Origin: Cellulomonas sp.
Lineage (GTDB): Bacteria > Actinomycetota > Actinomycetes > Actinomycetales > Cellulomonadaceae
Length of the DNA stretch: 64,000 bases
Assembly: GCA_036404115.1 (NCBI GenBank)
Contig: DASWPG010000053.1
Location: 11,566-75,565, forward strand
Direction: 5' to 3'
Shown here: piece after piece, positions 18,257 to 29,311 of the stretch
Layout: each line of letters opens with the position of its first letter
Position numbering within the stretch: the first letter of the stretch is position 1
Position numbers and translations under genes: made by a program
Notes under the pieces: generated by a model
Database searches by the model: none
Seen by the model: the letters and a program-made list of their open reading frames with translations, nothing else
Told to the model about the DNA's origin: nothing

Positions 18257-18802
18257 ATGGGCGTGCAGCCGTTGGTCGGCATCGTGATGGGTTCGGACTC
18301 GGACTGGCCGGTGATGGAGGCGGCTGCCGAGGCGCTGGGCGAGCTGGCGGTGCCGGTGGAGGTGGACGTGGTCTCCGCGCACCGGCAGCCCGACAAGATG
18401 GTCGCCTACGGGCGCTCCGCCGCCGACCGGGGGCTGCGGGTGGTCGTCGCCGGGGCCGGCGGTGCCGCGCACCTGCCGGGGATGCTCGCAGCGGTGACAC
18501 CGCTGCCGGTGGTCGGGGTGCCGGTGCCGCTGTCCCGGCTGGACGGCCTGGACTCGCTGCTGTCGATCGTGCAGATGCCGGCGGGGGTACCGGTCGCCAC
18601 CGTCTCGATCGGCGGGGCGCGCAACGCGGGGCTGCTCGCGGCACGGATCCTCGGTGCCGGCACCGACGAGACCGCGCTGCGGGTGCGGGCCGCGATGCTC
18701 GCGCTGCAGGACGACCTGCGGGTCCAGGCGGACGCGAAGGGTGAGCGGCTGCGCGCCCAGCACGGGGACGGCCGGCGCCGGACCACCGGCTTCGGCGCCT
18801 GA
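18257..18802 (+). CDS. purE: N5-CAIR mutase
   Basis: [46 protein letters not shown]; GGAGGA RBS. Confidence 0.96.
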   Translation: MGVQPLVGIVMGSDSDWPVMEAAAEALGELAVPVEVDVVSAHRQPDKMVAYGRSAADRGLRVVVAGAGGAAHLPGMLAAVTPLPVVGVPVPLSRLDGLDSLLSIVQMPAGVPVATVSIGGARNAGLLAARILGAGTDETALRVRAAMLALQDDLRVQADAKGERLRAQHGDGRRRTTGFGA

Positions 18803-18845
18803 CCGGTCGGAGCCGCCGGAGCCGTCCGACCCGGCCGGAGCCAGG

Positions 18846-20528
18846 TCAGGAGGTCGGGACGCCGCCGACCGTGCTGCCGGGCGTGAGGGTGCCGTCCTGC
18901 ACCGCGGTGAAGAACGTGTCCACCTGGGACTCGTCCAGCAGCACGGCCGAGGCACCGCTCGGCGTGCGGTAGTCCAGGCTGGCGATCGGCGGGGTGCCGG
19001 TCACGCCCTCGGAGCCGGTGGCGGAGCGGAACGCGAGCGCGAGCCGGGCGAGGTCGACGATGCCGGTCCCGGTGCTGGTGGTCAGCGCTCCGGTGGCGGT
19101 GTCGATCAGCGAGATCTGCGTGCTCGGCTTCAGCAGCAGGGTCGGGTCCTCGGCCTTGGCGGCGACGGCGGCGATCAGCTGGCGCTGGCGCAGCCCGCGG
19201 CCGATGTCCCCGGTGGGGTCGGAGTACCGCATCCGGGAGAAGGCGAGCGCGGTGGTGCCGTCCACCGTCTGGCAGCCGGGGGTGTCCCACACCAGGCCCG
19301 AGTTGGTGTCGTTCACCGGGAAGGTGATGCCGGTGCTCTCGTCCAGGCAGAGCTCGACGCCGCCCAGGGCGTCCACGATCTCCTCCACCCCGCCGAAGCC
19401 GACCTCGACATAGTGGTCCACCGTCATGCCGGTGAGGTTCTCGACCGTCTCGACCAGCAGCGCGGCGCCGCCCCAGGAGTAGGCCGCGTTGAGCTTGTTG
19501 TCGTCGTACCCCGGGATCTCGACGTAGGTGTCGCGCGGCAGCGAGATCAGGGCGGCCGGGCCGGACTCGGGCACGTGCAGCAGCAGGATCGTGTCGGTGC
19601 GGGCACCGACCGTCTCGCTGTCCTCGATCACGCCGTCCTCGCGGGAGTCCGAGCCGGCGATCAGGTAGGTGGTGCCGGAGGTGTTCGCGGCGCCGGACAG
19701 CGCGTCGACGTGCGCGATCTTGCCGTTGGCCCAGATCAGCAGGCCGATCGGCCAGGCGAGCAGCAGCACGAGCACCAGGGCGGTCACCGTGACGATCCGG
19801 CGGCGTCGGCGTCGCCGGCGTCGCCGTGGGTCGACGGGCGCGGCGCCGGTGCTGTCGGGGGGGCGGGTGCCGCCGCCGTCCGACGCCGCGCCCGAGGACC
19901 GGCCGGGATGGCCCGGGCCGGCCGGGACGGAGCGCCGCGGGGCGCGTGCGGCGGCGCTGCCGTCCGCTCGTGCCGTGCCGTCGGGTCGTGCCGTGCCGTC
20001 CGACCGTGCGGTGCCGCCGGACCGTGCTGCGGCAGCCGGTGCGCCGCCGGCCGCAGCGCCCGCACCGGTGCCCCTGCTGCTGCCCGACGACCGGGCCGGC
20101 GGACGCGATGCCCCGCTCGACCGAGCTGCCCCGGTCCCGGTCCCGCGTGCCGCCCCGCTCGGGTCGGCCGGCCGGGCGGAGCCGGCGGAGCGCGGTGCAA
20201 AGCTCGCCGGCGTCGTGCCGGACCCCGACGTGCCGGACCCGGACGCACCCGAGCCGGACGCACCCGACCCGGACGCACCCGACCCGGACCCGCCCGACCT
20301 CGACCGGTCGGCCGAAGCCGACCGCGCGGAGGCGTCCCGTCCCGGTGCCGCCGGCCGGCTCGGCCGGGCAGCCCCGGTCGCGCCGGAGCCCGCTGCACCG
20401 CTCCCGCCGCCGACCGCCGTCGCGCCGTCGGCCGAGGGACGGGCCCCGCCTCCGCCGGGCGCGAAGCTCGGCGGGGTGGACCCGTCCTCGGAGGGGTTGC
20501 GGCGGGGTCGCTCGTCCCGGGGCGCCAC
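18846..20528 (-). CDS. LCP (LytR-CpsA-Psr) glycopolymer-peptidoglycan ligase with a long disordered N-terminus
   Basis: Poly-Arg then TM; GSDSR, RTDTILLLH, ISLPRDTYV, KLNAAY, ALAFSRMRY, DIGRGLRQRQ. Start approximate. Confidence 0.9.
   Translation of the reverse strand: MAPRDERPRRNPSEDGSTPPSFAPGGGGARPSADGATAVGGGSGAAGSGATGAARPSRPAAPGRDASARSASADRSRSGGSGSGASGSGASGSGASGSGTSGSGTTPASFAPRSAGSARPADPSGAARGTGTGAARSSGASRPPARSSGSSRGTGAGAAAGGAPAAAARSGGTARSDGTARPDGTARADGSAAARAPRRSVPAGPGHPGRSSGAASDGGGTRPPDSTGAAPVDPRRRRRRRRRRIVTVTALVLVLLLAWPIGLLIWANGKIAHVDALSGAANTSGTTYLIAGSDSREDGVIEDSETVGARTDTILLLHVPESGPAALISLPRDTYVEIPGYDDNKLNAAYSWGGAALLVETVENLTGMTVDHYVEVGFGGVEEIVDALGGVELCLDESTGITFPVNDTNSGLVWDTPGCQTVDGTTALAFSRMRYSDPTGDIGRGLRQRQLIAAVAAKAEDPTLLLKPSTQISLIDTATGALTTSTGTGIVDLARLALAFRSATGSEGVTGTPPIASLDYRTPSGASAVLLDESQVDTFFTAVQDGTLTPGSTVGGVPTS
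19959..20298 (-). repeat. Coding tandem repeats in the LCP N-terminus
   Basis: 18-bp x4 at 19959-20030 (G-T-A-R-x-D) and 15-bp x~5 at about 20217-20298 (SGASG). Confidence 0.8.
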
Positions 20529-20530
20529 GG

Positions 20531-21826
20531 TCAGCTGCAGCTCGAGGTGACGTCGTTGGCGGTGAACGCCTCCTTGCCGGCTTCGCGGGTCTCCGAGGTC
20601 GAGGGGGTGGTCGAGGACGTGTCGCTCGGCGTCTCGGCCGTGGCGGTCGAGTCGTCGGTCGTGGTGCCGTCGGTCGTCGTCCCGTCGGTCGTCGTGGTGC
20701 TGGTCGTGTCGTCCTCGCTGGTCCCGGTGAGCATCGGGATGTCGTTCGCGACGTTGGACCAGATGGTCGTGGCCTCGTCGGTCCACACCACGCGGTTCGC
20801 GTCGGACGGCGCGGTCTCGAACGGGATGGTCATGAAGGAGATGTCGTCGCTCGAGACGCCTTGCAGGCTCATCGCCAGGCCGGCCATGTCGGTGATCGAG
20901 CTGAAGCCGGAGTCGATCGACAGCGAGTCGGTCGCGGAGTCGAGGAACCGGATCAGCTGGGTGATGTCGGTGAGCAGGTTCTTCGACAGCAGCTCGCGGA
21001 ACACCGCGGCGAGCAGCTCCTGCTGGCGGCCGAGCCGGTTGGTGTCGGAGCCGTCACCGACGCCGGTGCCGGTGCGGGCCCGGGCGAAGGCGAGCGCCTG
21101 CGTGCCGTTCAGCGTCTGGTAGCCGGCGGTCAGGTCCAGGCCGGCCTTCTCGGAGGTCATGTCGTTCGCGATGCAGATCGGCACGCCGCCGATCGAGTCG
21201 ACCATGTTGATGAACCCGGCGAAGTCGACCACCACGAAGTGGTCGATCCGCACCCCGGTGTTCTGCTGCACGGTGTTGATGGTGCAGGCCGCGGCGGAGG
21301 CGATGTCGCCGCCGTTGTCCGCACCGATCGAGAACGCGGAGTTGAACATCACGTCGCTCTGCGCCGCCGTCGTGGACCCGTCGCTCATCGTGCAGGACGG
21401 GATGTCCACCAGGGAGTCGCGGGGGATCGAGATCAGCTCCACCCGGCTGCGGTCGGCGGAGATGTGCAGCACGATCGTGGTGTCCGAGCGCATGCCGCCG
21501 ACGTAGCCGCCGATCGCCTCGTTCTCGCCGTCCCGCTCGTCCGAGCCCATCACCAGGATGTTCACGTCCTGCCCGGCGTCCGGGTCGTCCGGGTCGGCGG
21601 AGCCGGACGCGCTCGCCTGCGGCAGCGCGGTCACCAGGTCGCTCACGTCCACAGACTTGATGTTGCCCTGATATTTGACGTACAGCGCGGCGGCGCCGGA
21701 GATGCCGAAGCAGAGCACGGTGACGACGGAGAGGGCGATGCCTCGCAGGACCAGGTGGGCCCGGCGTGTGCCACGTCCGTGGCGGACGGCGCGCGGACGG
21801 GTCGAGGACGCGTGGCGGGAAGTCAC
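20531..21826 (-). CDS. LCP-family protein (second)
   Basis: TM then NILVMGSDER, RSDTTIVLH, SIPRDSLV, ALAFARAR, GSDTNRLGRQQ; Thr/Asp-rich tail. Confidence 0.92.
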   Translation of the reverse strand: MTSRHASSTRPRAVRHGRGTRRAHLVLRGIALSVVTVLCFGISGAAALYVKYQGNIKSVDVSDLVTALPQASASGSADPDDPDAGQDVNILVMGSDERDGENEAIGGYVGGMRSDTTIVLHISADRSRVELISIPRDSLVDIPSCTMSDGSTTAAQSDVMFNSAFSIGADNGGDIASAAACTINTVQQNTGVRIDHFVVVDFAGFINMVDSIGGVPICIANDMTSEKAGLDLTAGYQTLNGTQALAFARARTGTGVGDGSDTNRLGRQQELLAAVFRELLSKNLLTDITQLIRFLDSATDSLSIDSGFSSITDMAGLAMSLQGVSSDDISFMTIPFETAPSDANRVVWTDEATTIWSNVANDIPMLTGTSEDDTTSTTTTDGTTTDGTTTDDSTATAETPSDTSSTTPSTSETREAGKEAFTANDVTSSCS

Positions 21827-21899
21827 CGGAGCAGCATAGGAGTGCACCCCAGGTGGTCCGCGCAACCAGCGAGCGGGCGTGGTGGAGGATTCGTGCAGA

Positions 21900-23993
21900 T
21901 CATCCGGCGAGCGCCGTGCCGTCGGCCCCGACGGGCACGACCGTGCCTGCCGCGTCGATGATCCCGACCCACAGGCTGGACACCGGACGGTTCGCCACCG
22001 AGGGCCGGGCACCGAGCGTGCTGGGCCACACGGTGCTCGCGGTGACGGAGAACGGGGCCGGCGTGGCCGCGTCCGCCCAGGGCACGTCCTCCTGCTCGAA
22101 CGTGACCACCATGACCTCCTGGTCGCCCCACGCCGCCCGGATCTCCTGGAGCAGCTCCGGTTCGACCTCGCCCAGGTCGATGTCGGTGACGACCACCTCG
22201 GACCCGCACAGGGTGCGGATCGTGGGCAGGTAGGGGCCGGACGCGCCGCGCACGTACACCACCGGGCGGCCCTGGAGCGCGTCGCACAGCTCGATCGCCT
22301 CGTCGTAGCGGCCGTCCTGCTCGACGGCGGTGAACAGCTCCCCCCAGGTCGTGGCGGGGAGCACCGCGACCGCCGTGGCGGCACCGGCCGCGGCCGTGCG
22401 CCACCACCGGCTGCGGGTCGCCCACAGCGCCCGGAGCGGCACCACGGCGAGCACCAGGAACCCGGGGAAGGTGACCGCCAGCAGCCGGCGGACCGCCCAG
22501 ATCTGGTCCGGGGTGATGCTGACCTTCCACAGGTAGAGGAAGGACGGGGCACCGATCACGCCGAGCAGCACCAGCAGGCGCGGATCACGGCGCACGAACG
22601 CACGGCGGACGAGCAGCGCGCCACCGACGAGGGCGAGCACGACGGTCGGCCAGCCGAGGTACCAGGCGACCCAGTGCAGGGACCATTCGTCGTAGCTCCG
22701 GGTCATGTCGACGGCGATGCCCTCGAGGACCTGCAGGGCGCGGACGAGCCGGGCGGCCGAACCGGTCGGGTCGACGTCGTGCTGCTCCTGCCAGAGCGGC
22801 CGGGCCGCGAGCGCGGCGCCGGTCGCGAGCACCAGCACGCCGACGGCGGTGGACAGCGCTCCTCGGTGACGCAGGACCGATCGGCGCAGCGCGGTCAGCG
22901 GGAGCCGGGGCACGGCCACGGTCAGGCCCACGGCGACCAGCAGCACGAGCACGAGCTGGGTGAACTGGGAGCTGAGATCCGCGAGGTAGGTCGGGCTGTG
23001 CCAGCGCAGGTCGAGGTAGCCGAGCGCCACCATGACCAGGGCCCCGCCGCTCGCGAGCAGGCCGGCGTTCCGGGCCCGTGCGCGGTTGCGCGGACCGATC
23101 GGCAGCGCGGCGACGAGCATCAGGGCCAGCAGCAGCCCGATCACCGCGCCGCTGCCGTCGATCCGGGCCAGGGCGTTGGCCCCGATCAGCGATCCGGCGA
23201 GCAGGTGCCGCCACCAGGACCGGGTCTCGAAGGCGGACCGGCTCATCGTCAGTCCGCCGAAGATCAGCAGCATCGTGAGCGGCTCGGTGTAGGCCGACCG
23301 GGAGAACGCGATCATCGGCATGCTCACCGCAAGGGCGATCAGCGGGACCAGCGCCCACACCGGGCCGAGCAGCCGCCGGGCCAGGCCGTACACCGCGATC
23401 AGCGCGAAGGCCCCGATCACCAGGTTGCCGGCGAGCACCCACCGGTCGCCGCCGGCCCATCCGAGCATGCCCAGCAGCGCCGGCAGCAGCTTGGCGCCCT
23501 GGGCGTACAGCTGGCCGTCGACCAGCGTGAACGCGTCGGTGAGCGCGGACCCGGCCGTGATCCCGTCGATGGACCCGGCCACCTCGGCCGCCTGGCTCGC
23601 GGGGAGGCCTGCGCTGGCGTGCTCGGACAGCCACAGCCCTTCCAGCGTCAGGAAGCCGGGGTCGCGGTTGACCACCACGTACTGCGACGCGTACGGCAGG
23701 TTGACCACCACCCACCCGGTGGCCAGACAGACCGCGCCGAGCGCGCCGAGGGCGGTGGCCCGGGTGGCCGGGACCGCCCGGGGCACCAGCCGCCAGGTCA
23801 CCGCCAGCACGACCAGCAGCACCGGCAGCACGAGCACCGGGCGGAACTGGTCCAGCAGGACGGCGGCACCGGCGACCAGGCAGGTCCAGAACAGCAGCAT
23901 CACCAGGCGGTCGGGTGCTGCCGACAGCGCGCGCACCGGTGCGGGGGCCGACGTGGTCGCCCGGTGGGCGCCCCGGTGCGCGGGCCGGGTCAT
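21900..23993 (-). CDS. Large polytopic membrane protein, putative GT-C glycosyltransferase (paralogue of 61609-63759)
   Basis: Many TM helices; NRDPGFLTL in the first external loop; RSAYTEPL, ARIDG, ITPDQIWAVRRL; ATGA-coupled to the upstream GT2. Confidence 0.65.
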   Translation of the reverse strand: MTRPAHRGAHRATTSAPAPVRALSAAPDRLVMLLFWTCLVAGAAVLLDQFRPVLVLPVLLVVLAVTWRLVPRAVPATRATALGALGAVCLATGWVVVNLPYASQYVVVNRDPGFLTLEGLWLSEHASAGLPASQAAEVAGSIDGITAGSALTDAFTLVDGQLYAQGAKLLPALLGMLGWAGGDRWVLAGNLVIGAFALIAVYGLARRLLGPVWALVPLIALAVSMPMIAFSRSAYTEPLTMLLIFGGLTMSRSAFETRSWWRHLLAGSLIGANALARIDGSGAVIGLLLALMLVAALPIGPRNRARARNAGLLASGGALVMVALGYLDLRWHSPTYLADLSSQFTQLVLVLLVAVGLTVAVPRLPLTALRRSVLRHRGALSTAVGVLVLATGAALAARPLWQEQHDVDPTGSAARLVRALQVLEGIAVDMTRSYDEWSLHWVAWYLGWPTVVLALVGGALLVRRAFVRRDPRLLVLLGVIGAPSFLYLWKVSITPDQIWAVRRLLAVTFPGFLVLAVVPLRALWATRSRWWRTAAAGAATAVAVLPATTWGELFTAVEQDGRYDEAIELCDALQGRPVVYVRGASGPYLPTIRTLCGSEVVVTDIDLGEVEPELLQEIRAAWGDQEVMVVTFEQEDVPWADAATPAPFSVTASTVWPSTLGARPSVANRPVSSLWVGIIDAAGTVVPVGADGTALAG

Positions 23994-24853
23994 CCCATGC
24001 CCGCCCCGACGGTCGGGCTCTCGGCCGGGCGCATCCGTCGGCCGAGCAGGGTGTAGACGGCACGGCGCTGCACGGACAGGGCGACGGCGCGGGCGGTGCC
24101 CAGCCGGATGTCGCCGTCGGTGATGGTCGGGGCGAGGCGCTGGGCGGTGCGGAAGAACTCGGTCGCCTGCCGGGCCTGGTCGTTCACCAGCCGCACCGAC
24201 CACTGGCCCTGGCTGACCCGGAACGAGGCGAGCGGCTCGCGGATCGCGACCATGTCGCCCTGGACGAGCACGCCGGCGTAGGTGGCCACGTCGATGAAGT
24301 ACTGGCTGTCGGCCCACCACCCGGCGGCCTCGAGCGCGGAGCGCCGCATCAGGACCGAGGCGGGCTCGCCGAAGATGTTCCCGCCGGCGCGCACGGTGGC
24401 CCGCAGCGCGGCGGCGCCGTCCACGACGCCGTCGAGGCCGGCCAGGCCCCGTGCGCGCAGGAACACCTGGCCGCGGGCGTCCACCATGTCCCGCTGGGCG
24501 GCGGCGAGCACGCAGCGCTCGCCAGCGCGCTCCAGGGCGTCGACCTGGCGGGCCAGCGCCTCGAGGTGCACCAGGTCGTCGCCGCAGACCAGCTTGACGT
24601 AGGTGCCCTCGGCGGCCTGGCTGACGGCGTTCCAGTTGCGCTGGGCACCGCCGCCGGGCGAGGTGCGGGTCAGCCGGACGGCGGGGTGATCCGCGTACTG
24701 CTGCAGCCGCTCCCAGGTGCCGTCGGTCGAGCTGTGGTCGGCGATCACCAGCTCGAGATCGGTGCAGGTCTGGGCGAGCACCGACTGCACGGTCGCGTCG
24801 ATGTAGTCGGCGTTGTTGTAGGCGGGGACCACCACCGACACCAGCGGGCTCAC
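23990..24853 (-). CDS. GT2-family glycosyltransferase
   Basis: VSVVVPAYN, IADHSSTDGT, NWN, LVCGDD, NIFGEPASVL. Confidence 0.88.
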   Translation of the reverse strand: MSPLVSVVVPAYNNADYIDATVQSVLAQTCTDLELVIADHSSTDGTWERLQQYADHPAVRLTRTSPGGGAQRNWNAVSQAAEGTYVKLVCGDDLVHLEALARQVDALERAGERCVLAAAQRDMVDARGQVFLRARGLAGLDGVVDGAAALRATVRAGGNIFGEPASVLMRRSALEAAGWWADSQYFIDVATYAGVLVQGDMVAIREPLASFRVSQGQWSVRLVNDQARQATEFFRTAQRLAPTITDGDIRLGTARAVALSVQRRAVYTLLGRRMRPAESPTVGAGMG

Positions 24854-25407
24854 GCGCGGTCCCCCGGGAGGTCGGTGGGGTCGGCCGGTGCCGTCGGGTC
24901 GGCGGTGCCCGTCGGGCCGTCGGCGTCGTCGGCCGCGGGGCGCCGGCGGAACGAGAAGTCGCGGTGCCCGACGTAGGTGGCCAGGGCGGTGACGCAGGTG
25001 ACCAGCAGCTGTCCCGGGATCGGGGACATGCCGACCACCTCGACGACGAACGGCAGCGCCACCAGGTTGATCCCGAGCGCGGAGAGGTTGACCACCTCGA
25101 ACCGCGCGAGGTCCAGCCACACGTGCCCCCGGACCCGGAAGACCAGCCGCCGGTGCAGCACGAAGGCGCAGAGCACGGCGGCGACGTGCGCGGCGAGCAG
25201 GCTGGCGAGGTAGCCGTAGGTGCCCAGGTGCTCGCCGAACAGCTTCTCGAACACCACGAACCAGGCGGTGCCGAGCACGGTGTTGATGCCGCCGACGATC
25301 AGGAACGCGACCCGCCGGTCCTTGATCAGGGCGAAGAGCGGGCCGAGCGGGCGGGGGCCGGGCCCGTCCGGACCGCCGCCGGCCGTGGCGGGCTCCGGGA
25401 CGGTCAT
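24850..25407 (-). CDS. GtrA-family flippase-like protein (copy 3)
   Basis: FLIVGGINT, FVLHRRLVFR, YVGHRDFSFR; 4-nt overlaps with both neighbours. Confidence 0.88.
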   Translation of the reverse strand: MTVPEPATAGGGPDGPGPRPLGPLFALIKDRRVAFLIVGGINTVLGTAWFVVFEKLFGEHLGTYGYLASLLAAHVAAVLCAFVLHRRLVFRVRGHVWLDLARFEVVNLSALGINLVALPFVVEVVGMSPIPGQLLVTCVTALATYVGHRDFSFRRRPAADDADGPTGTADPTAPADPTDLPGDRA

Positions 25408-26360
25408 CGGGCGGTCCGCCGGTGGCCGGGGTCCCGCACGATGTACAGGGGTCTGTGCTGGGACTCGGTGTAGGTGCGGCCGATGTAGGACCCGACCACG
25501 CCGAGCATGATCATCTGCACGCCCGAGGTCAGCAGCACGATGATCACCAGGAACGTCCAGCCCTCGACCACGTTCTCCGGCGAGATCAGCCGCTGCGCGG
25601 TCACCCACAGGGTCACCAGGAAGCTCGCGGTGGCGAACAGGTAGCCGACCCGCGCGATCATCTTCAGCGGGAAGGTCGAGAACGACAGCACGCCGTCGGC
25701 CGCGAACTTGAGCATCTTGCGCAGCGGGTACCCGGTGACGCCCGCGTGCCGCTCGTCCCGGTCGAACTGCACGGCGATCTGCCGGAACCCGACGTAGCTG
25801 ACCATGCCGCGCAGGAAGCGGGAGTGCTCCCGCATCGCGACCAGCTGGTCCACCACCTGGCGGTCGATCAGCCGGAAGTCGCCGGTGTTGCGCGGGATGT
25901 CGATCTCGGTGACCGAGCGCAGCACGCGGTAGTAGACGTTCGCGGTGATCTTCTTGAACGCGCTGTCCCGTCGGGAGCGCCGCTGCGCGTAGACCACGTC
26001 GAAGCCCTCGCGCCAGCGCTCGATCAGCTCCAGGCTCACCGCGGGCGGGTCCTGCAGGTCGCTGTCCATGATGATGACGGCGTCGCCGCGGGCCCGGTCG
26101 AGGCCGGCGGTCACGGCCATCTGGTGGCCGAAGTTCCGGGAGAGGTCCACCACGACGACGCGGTCGTCGCGGTCCTCGAGGCCGTACAGCAGCTGGAGCG
26201 AGTCGTCCCGGCTGCCGTCGTTCACGAACAGCAGCTCGTACTCGTTCTCCGGGTGCTCGGCCAGCAGCTCGGCGACCGTCGTGTAGAGAAGCTCGATGTT
26301 CCCCGACTCGTTGTAGATGGGAAAGATGTAGGAGATCAACGGCCGCGTCGACTCGGGCAT
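25404..26360 (-). CDS. GtrB-like polyprenyl-phosphate glycosyltransferase (GT2 plus 2 C-terminal TM)
   Basis: PIYNE, VNDGSRD, LSRNFGHQ, MDSDLQDPP, TGDFRLIDR, YIGRTY. Alternative GTG start at 26372. Confidence 0.9.
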   Translation of the reverse strand: MPESTRPLISYIFPIYNESGNIELLYTTVAELLAEHPENEYELLFVNDGSRDDSLQLLYGLEDRDDRVVVVDLSRNFGHQMAVTAGLDRARGDAVIIMDSDLQDPPAVSLELIERWREGFDVVYAQRRSRRDSAFKKITANVYYRVLRSVTEIDIPRNTGDFRLIDRQVVDQLVAMREHSRFLRGMVSYVGFRQIAVQFDRDERHAGVTGYPLRKMLKFAADGVLSFSTFPLKMIARVGYLFATASFLVTLWVTAQRLISPENVVEGWTFLVIIVLLTSGVQMIMLGVVGSYIGRTYTESQHRPLYIVRDPGHRRTAR

Positions 26361-26415
26361 GCTGAGGACCACACTCCGGCAGAGGGGTTGGCAGAACGCT
26401 GTACGCTACCAGGCC

Positions 26416-28245
26416 ATGCCTCGTTCCTGGTGGGCCTTTGTGCTGCCGTCCCGCCGTCCTGCGCTCGCCTCGGGGTTCGCTGTGCTGGCGGCCTGCCTGC
26501 TGCACCTGATCGCCCAGGCCGGGATGATGCTGTCCTGGGCCGGCTGGAGCTTCTCCGCCTTCCGGGACTACTACTGGCCGGACCAGCTCGCCTACCTGGC
26601 CATCGCGACCAATGCCGCGCACGGCGACCTGTCCGCCGTCGAGCCGTTCACCCAGACCGGGACGATCTACTACCCGCGCGCCTACTACCTGCTGATCGGC
26701 GGGCTCGCCGATCTGACCGGTACGTCCGCCGCCACGATGTGGACGGTGGTGGGCCTGGCGTTCCAGGTCGCGCTGGTCGCGGCGGTCGGCACAGCCGCGG
26801 TGCTCCTGACCCGGCGGTGGTGGACCGGGCTGCTCGGCTTCACGCCGTTCCTGCTCGGCACCGCGTCCTGGGTGACCGGTCAGGGCTGGATGACGACGAT
26901 GGACTCGCACGCCGTGCTGTGGGGGCCGTTCGCGGTGCTCTACACGTTGAACGGCGAGTCGGTCGCGCTCTGCGTGGCCGGGACCGCCCTGCTGGCGCTG
27001 CTGGTGGTGGCGGCCGGTCGGGTGCGCGGCCGGGCGGCGCTGGTGGTCACGGTGCTGGCGTTCGCGCTGATCGGCGCGTTGGCCAACGTGCACACCTATG
27101 CGTTCCTGGTCGCGGTGTTCGTGGTCGCCGCGGGGGTCGCGGCGGTGGGGCTGCTGCGTGAGCGGTCCCGGTGGCTGCTGGTGGCGACCGGGCTGCTGGT
27201 CGTCGTGGTGCTGGTGGCCGGCCCGGTGGTGGGGGAGCGGGTCAGCCCGCTCGCTGCGCTGGTGCTCGGCCTGCTGCCGGCGGCGCCGGGGGCGCTCGCG
27301 CTGGCCCGCCGGGCCGGGCTGCGCAGCCTGTGGTGCCTCGGCGCCCTCGTGCTGGGTGCCGCGCCGCAGGTGCTGCTCACGGTGATCGGCCTGGCGAACG
27401 GGGACGAGTTCCTGCTCTACCGGGAGAGCTCGTCGCAGGACCTCGGCGTCAGCCTGCTGCACGGTCTGGTCGCCGCGTCTGCGCTGCTGCCGGCGCTGCT
27501 GCTGGTCGCCTGGCTGGGCGTGCGCCGCCGTCGGGTGCTCTGGGTGGCCGTGCCGGTCGGCGGCGCGGTGGTGTGGGCGCTGCTGGCGGCCAACGACCTG
27601 TGGGGTGCGAACCAGGAGCCGTACCGGTTCTGGATCAACACCTATCTGCTGCTCGCGGTGGTGATGGTGCCGGTGACGGCGTGGGCGGTGCTGGACACCC
27701 TCCGGCCGGGGCCGCTGCCGGCCGAGCCGGGGCCGGTGGACGTCCCGGGGCGCGCGCCCGTGCTGCTCGGCCGGACCGGCCGGCGGATCACGGCCGGGGC
27801 CCTGGTGCTGGTGCTCGCGGTCGCCGCGGTGGCCAGCGTGGACTGGTTGACGTTCCGCCGGGAGGTCGCCGCGATGGGCTACCTGACGATCGCCACGCCC
27901 CAGGTCACGGCCGCGGCCGAGCTCGCGGAGCAGACCGACGGCACGCTGGTGCTGACCGACTCGTGCCTCGACCCGCTGTTCCTCAAGGTGGTCTGGGGCG
28001 GCCCGGTGGTCTCGTACAACCCGGGCCTGGCCTGGCCCGCGGAGGTCGACGCGGTGCAGGCGCTGCTCGGCGGGCGCGGCACCGGGACGTTCGACGCCGC
28101 GGCGGCCGCGACCGCGGACGTGGGCTGGGTGCTGACGGACAGCGCCTGCTCGCCGTCGCTCGCGCCGTCGCTGGACGGGTACGAGCAGGCCGGGTCGGTC
28201 GACTACGAGGGCGGCACGGTCACGCTGTGGCGGATCGCCTCCTGA
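26416..28245 (+). CDS. Polytopic membrane protein, putative GT-C (GtrC-like)
   Basis: Many TM helices; YYWPDQLAYLAI after TM1; NQEPYRFW; soluble C-terminal domain; divergent from gtrB-gtrA. Confidence 0.6.
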   Translation: MPRSWWAFVLPSRRPALASGFAVLAACLLHLIAQAGMMLSWAGWSFSAFRDYYWPDQLAYLAIATNAAHGDLSAVEPFTQTGTIYYPRAYYLLIGGLADLTGTSAATMWTVVGLAFQVALVAAVGTAAVLLTRRWWTGLLGFTPFLLGTASWVTGQGWMTTMDSHAVLWGPFAVLYTLNGESVALCVAGTALLALLVVAAGRVRGRAALVVTVLAFALIGALANVHTYAFLVAVFVVAAGVAAVGLLRERSRWLLVATGLLVVVVLVAGPVVGERVSPLAALVLGLLPAAPGALALARRAGLRSLWCLGALVLGAAPQVLLTVIGLANGDEFLLYRESSSQDLGVSLLHGLVAASALLPALLLVAWLGVRRRRVLWVAVPVGGAVVWALLAANDLWGANQEPYRFWINTYLLLAVVMVPVTAWAVLDTLRPGPLPAEPGPVDVPGRAPVLLGRTGRRITAGALVLVLAVAAVASVDWLTFRREVAAMGYLTIATPQVTAAAELAEQTDGTLVLTDSCLDPLFLKVVWGGPVVSYNPGLAWPAEVDAVQALLGGRGTGTFDAAAAATADVGWVLTDSACSPSLAPSLDGYEQAGSVDYEGGTVTLWRIAS

Positions 28246-28279
28246 GCGGGCCGGGCCGGCAGTGCTCGCGGGGCCCGGC

Positions 28280-29311
<1,032 letters not shown>

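Noticed and set aside
18803-18845. Hairpin between purE and the LCP gene
   Set aside because: The stem is short and imperfect with a long loop; too weak to call a terminator.
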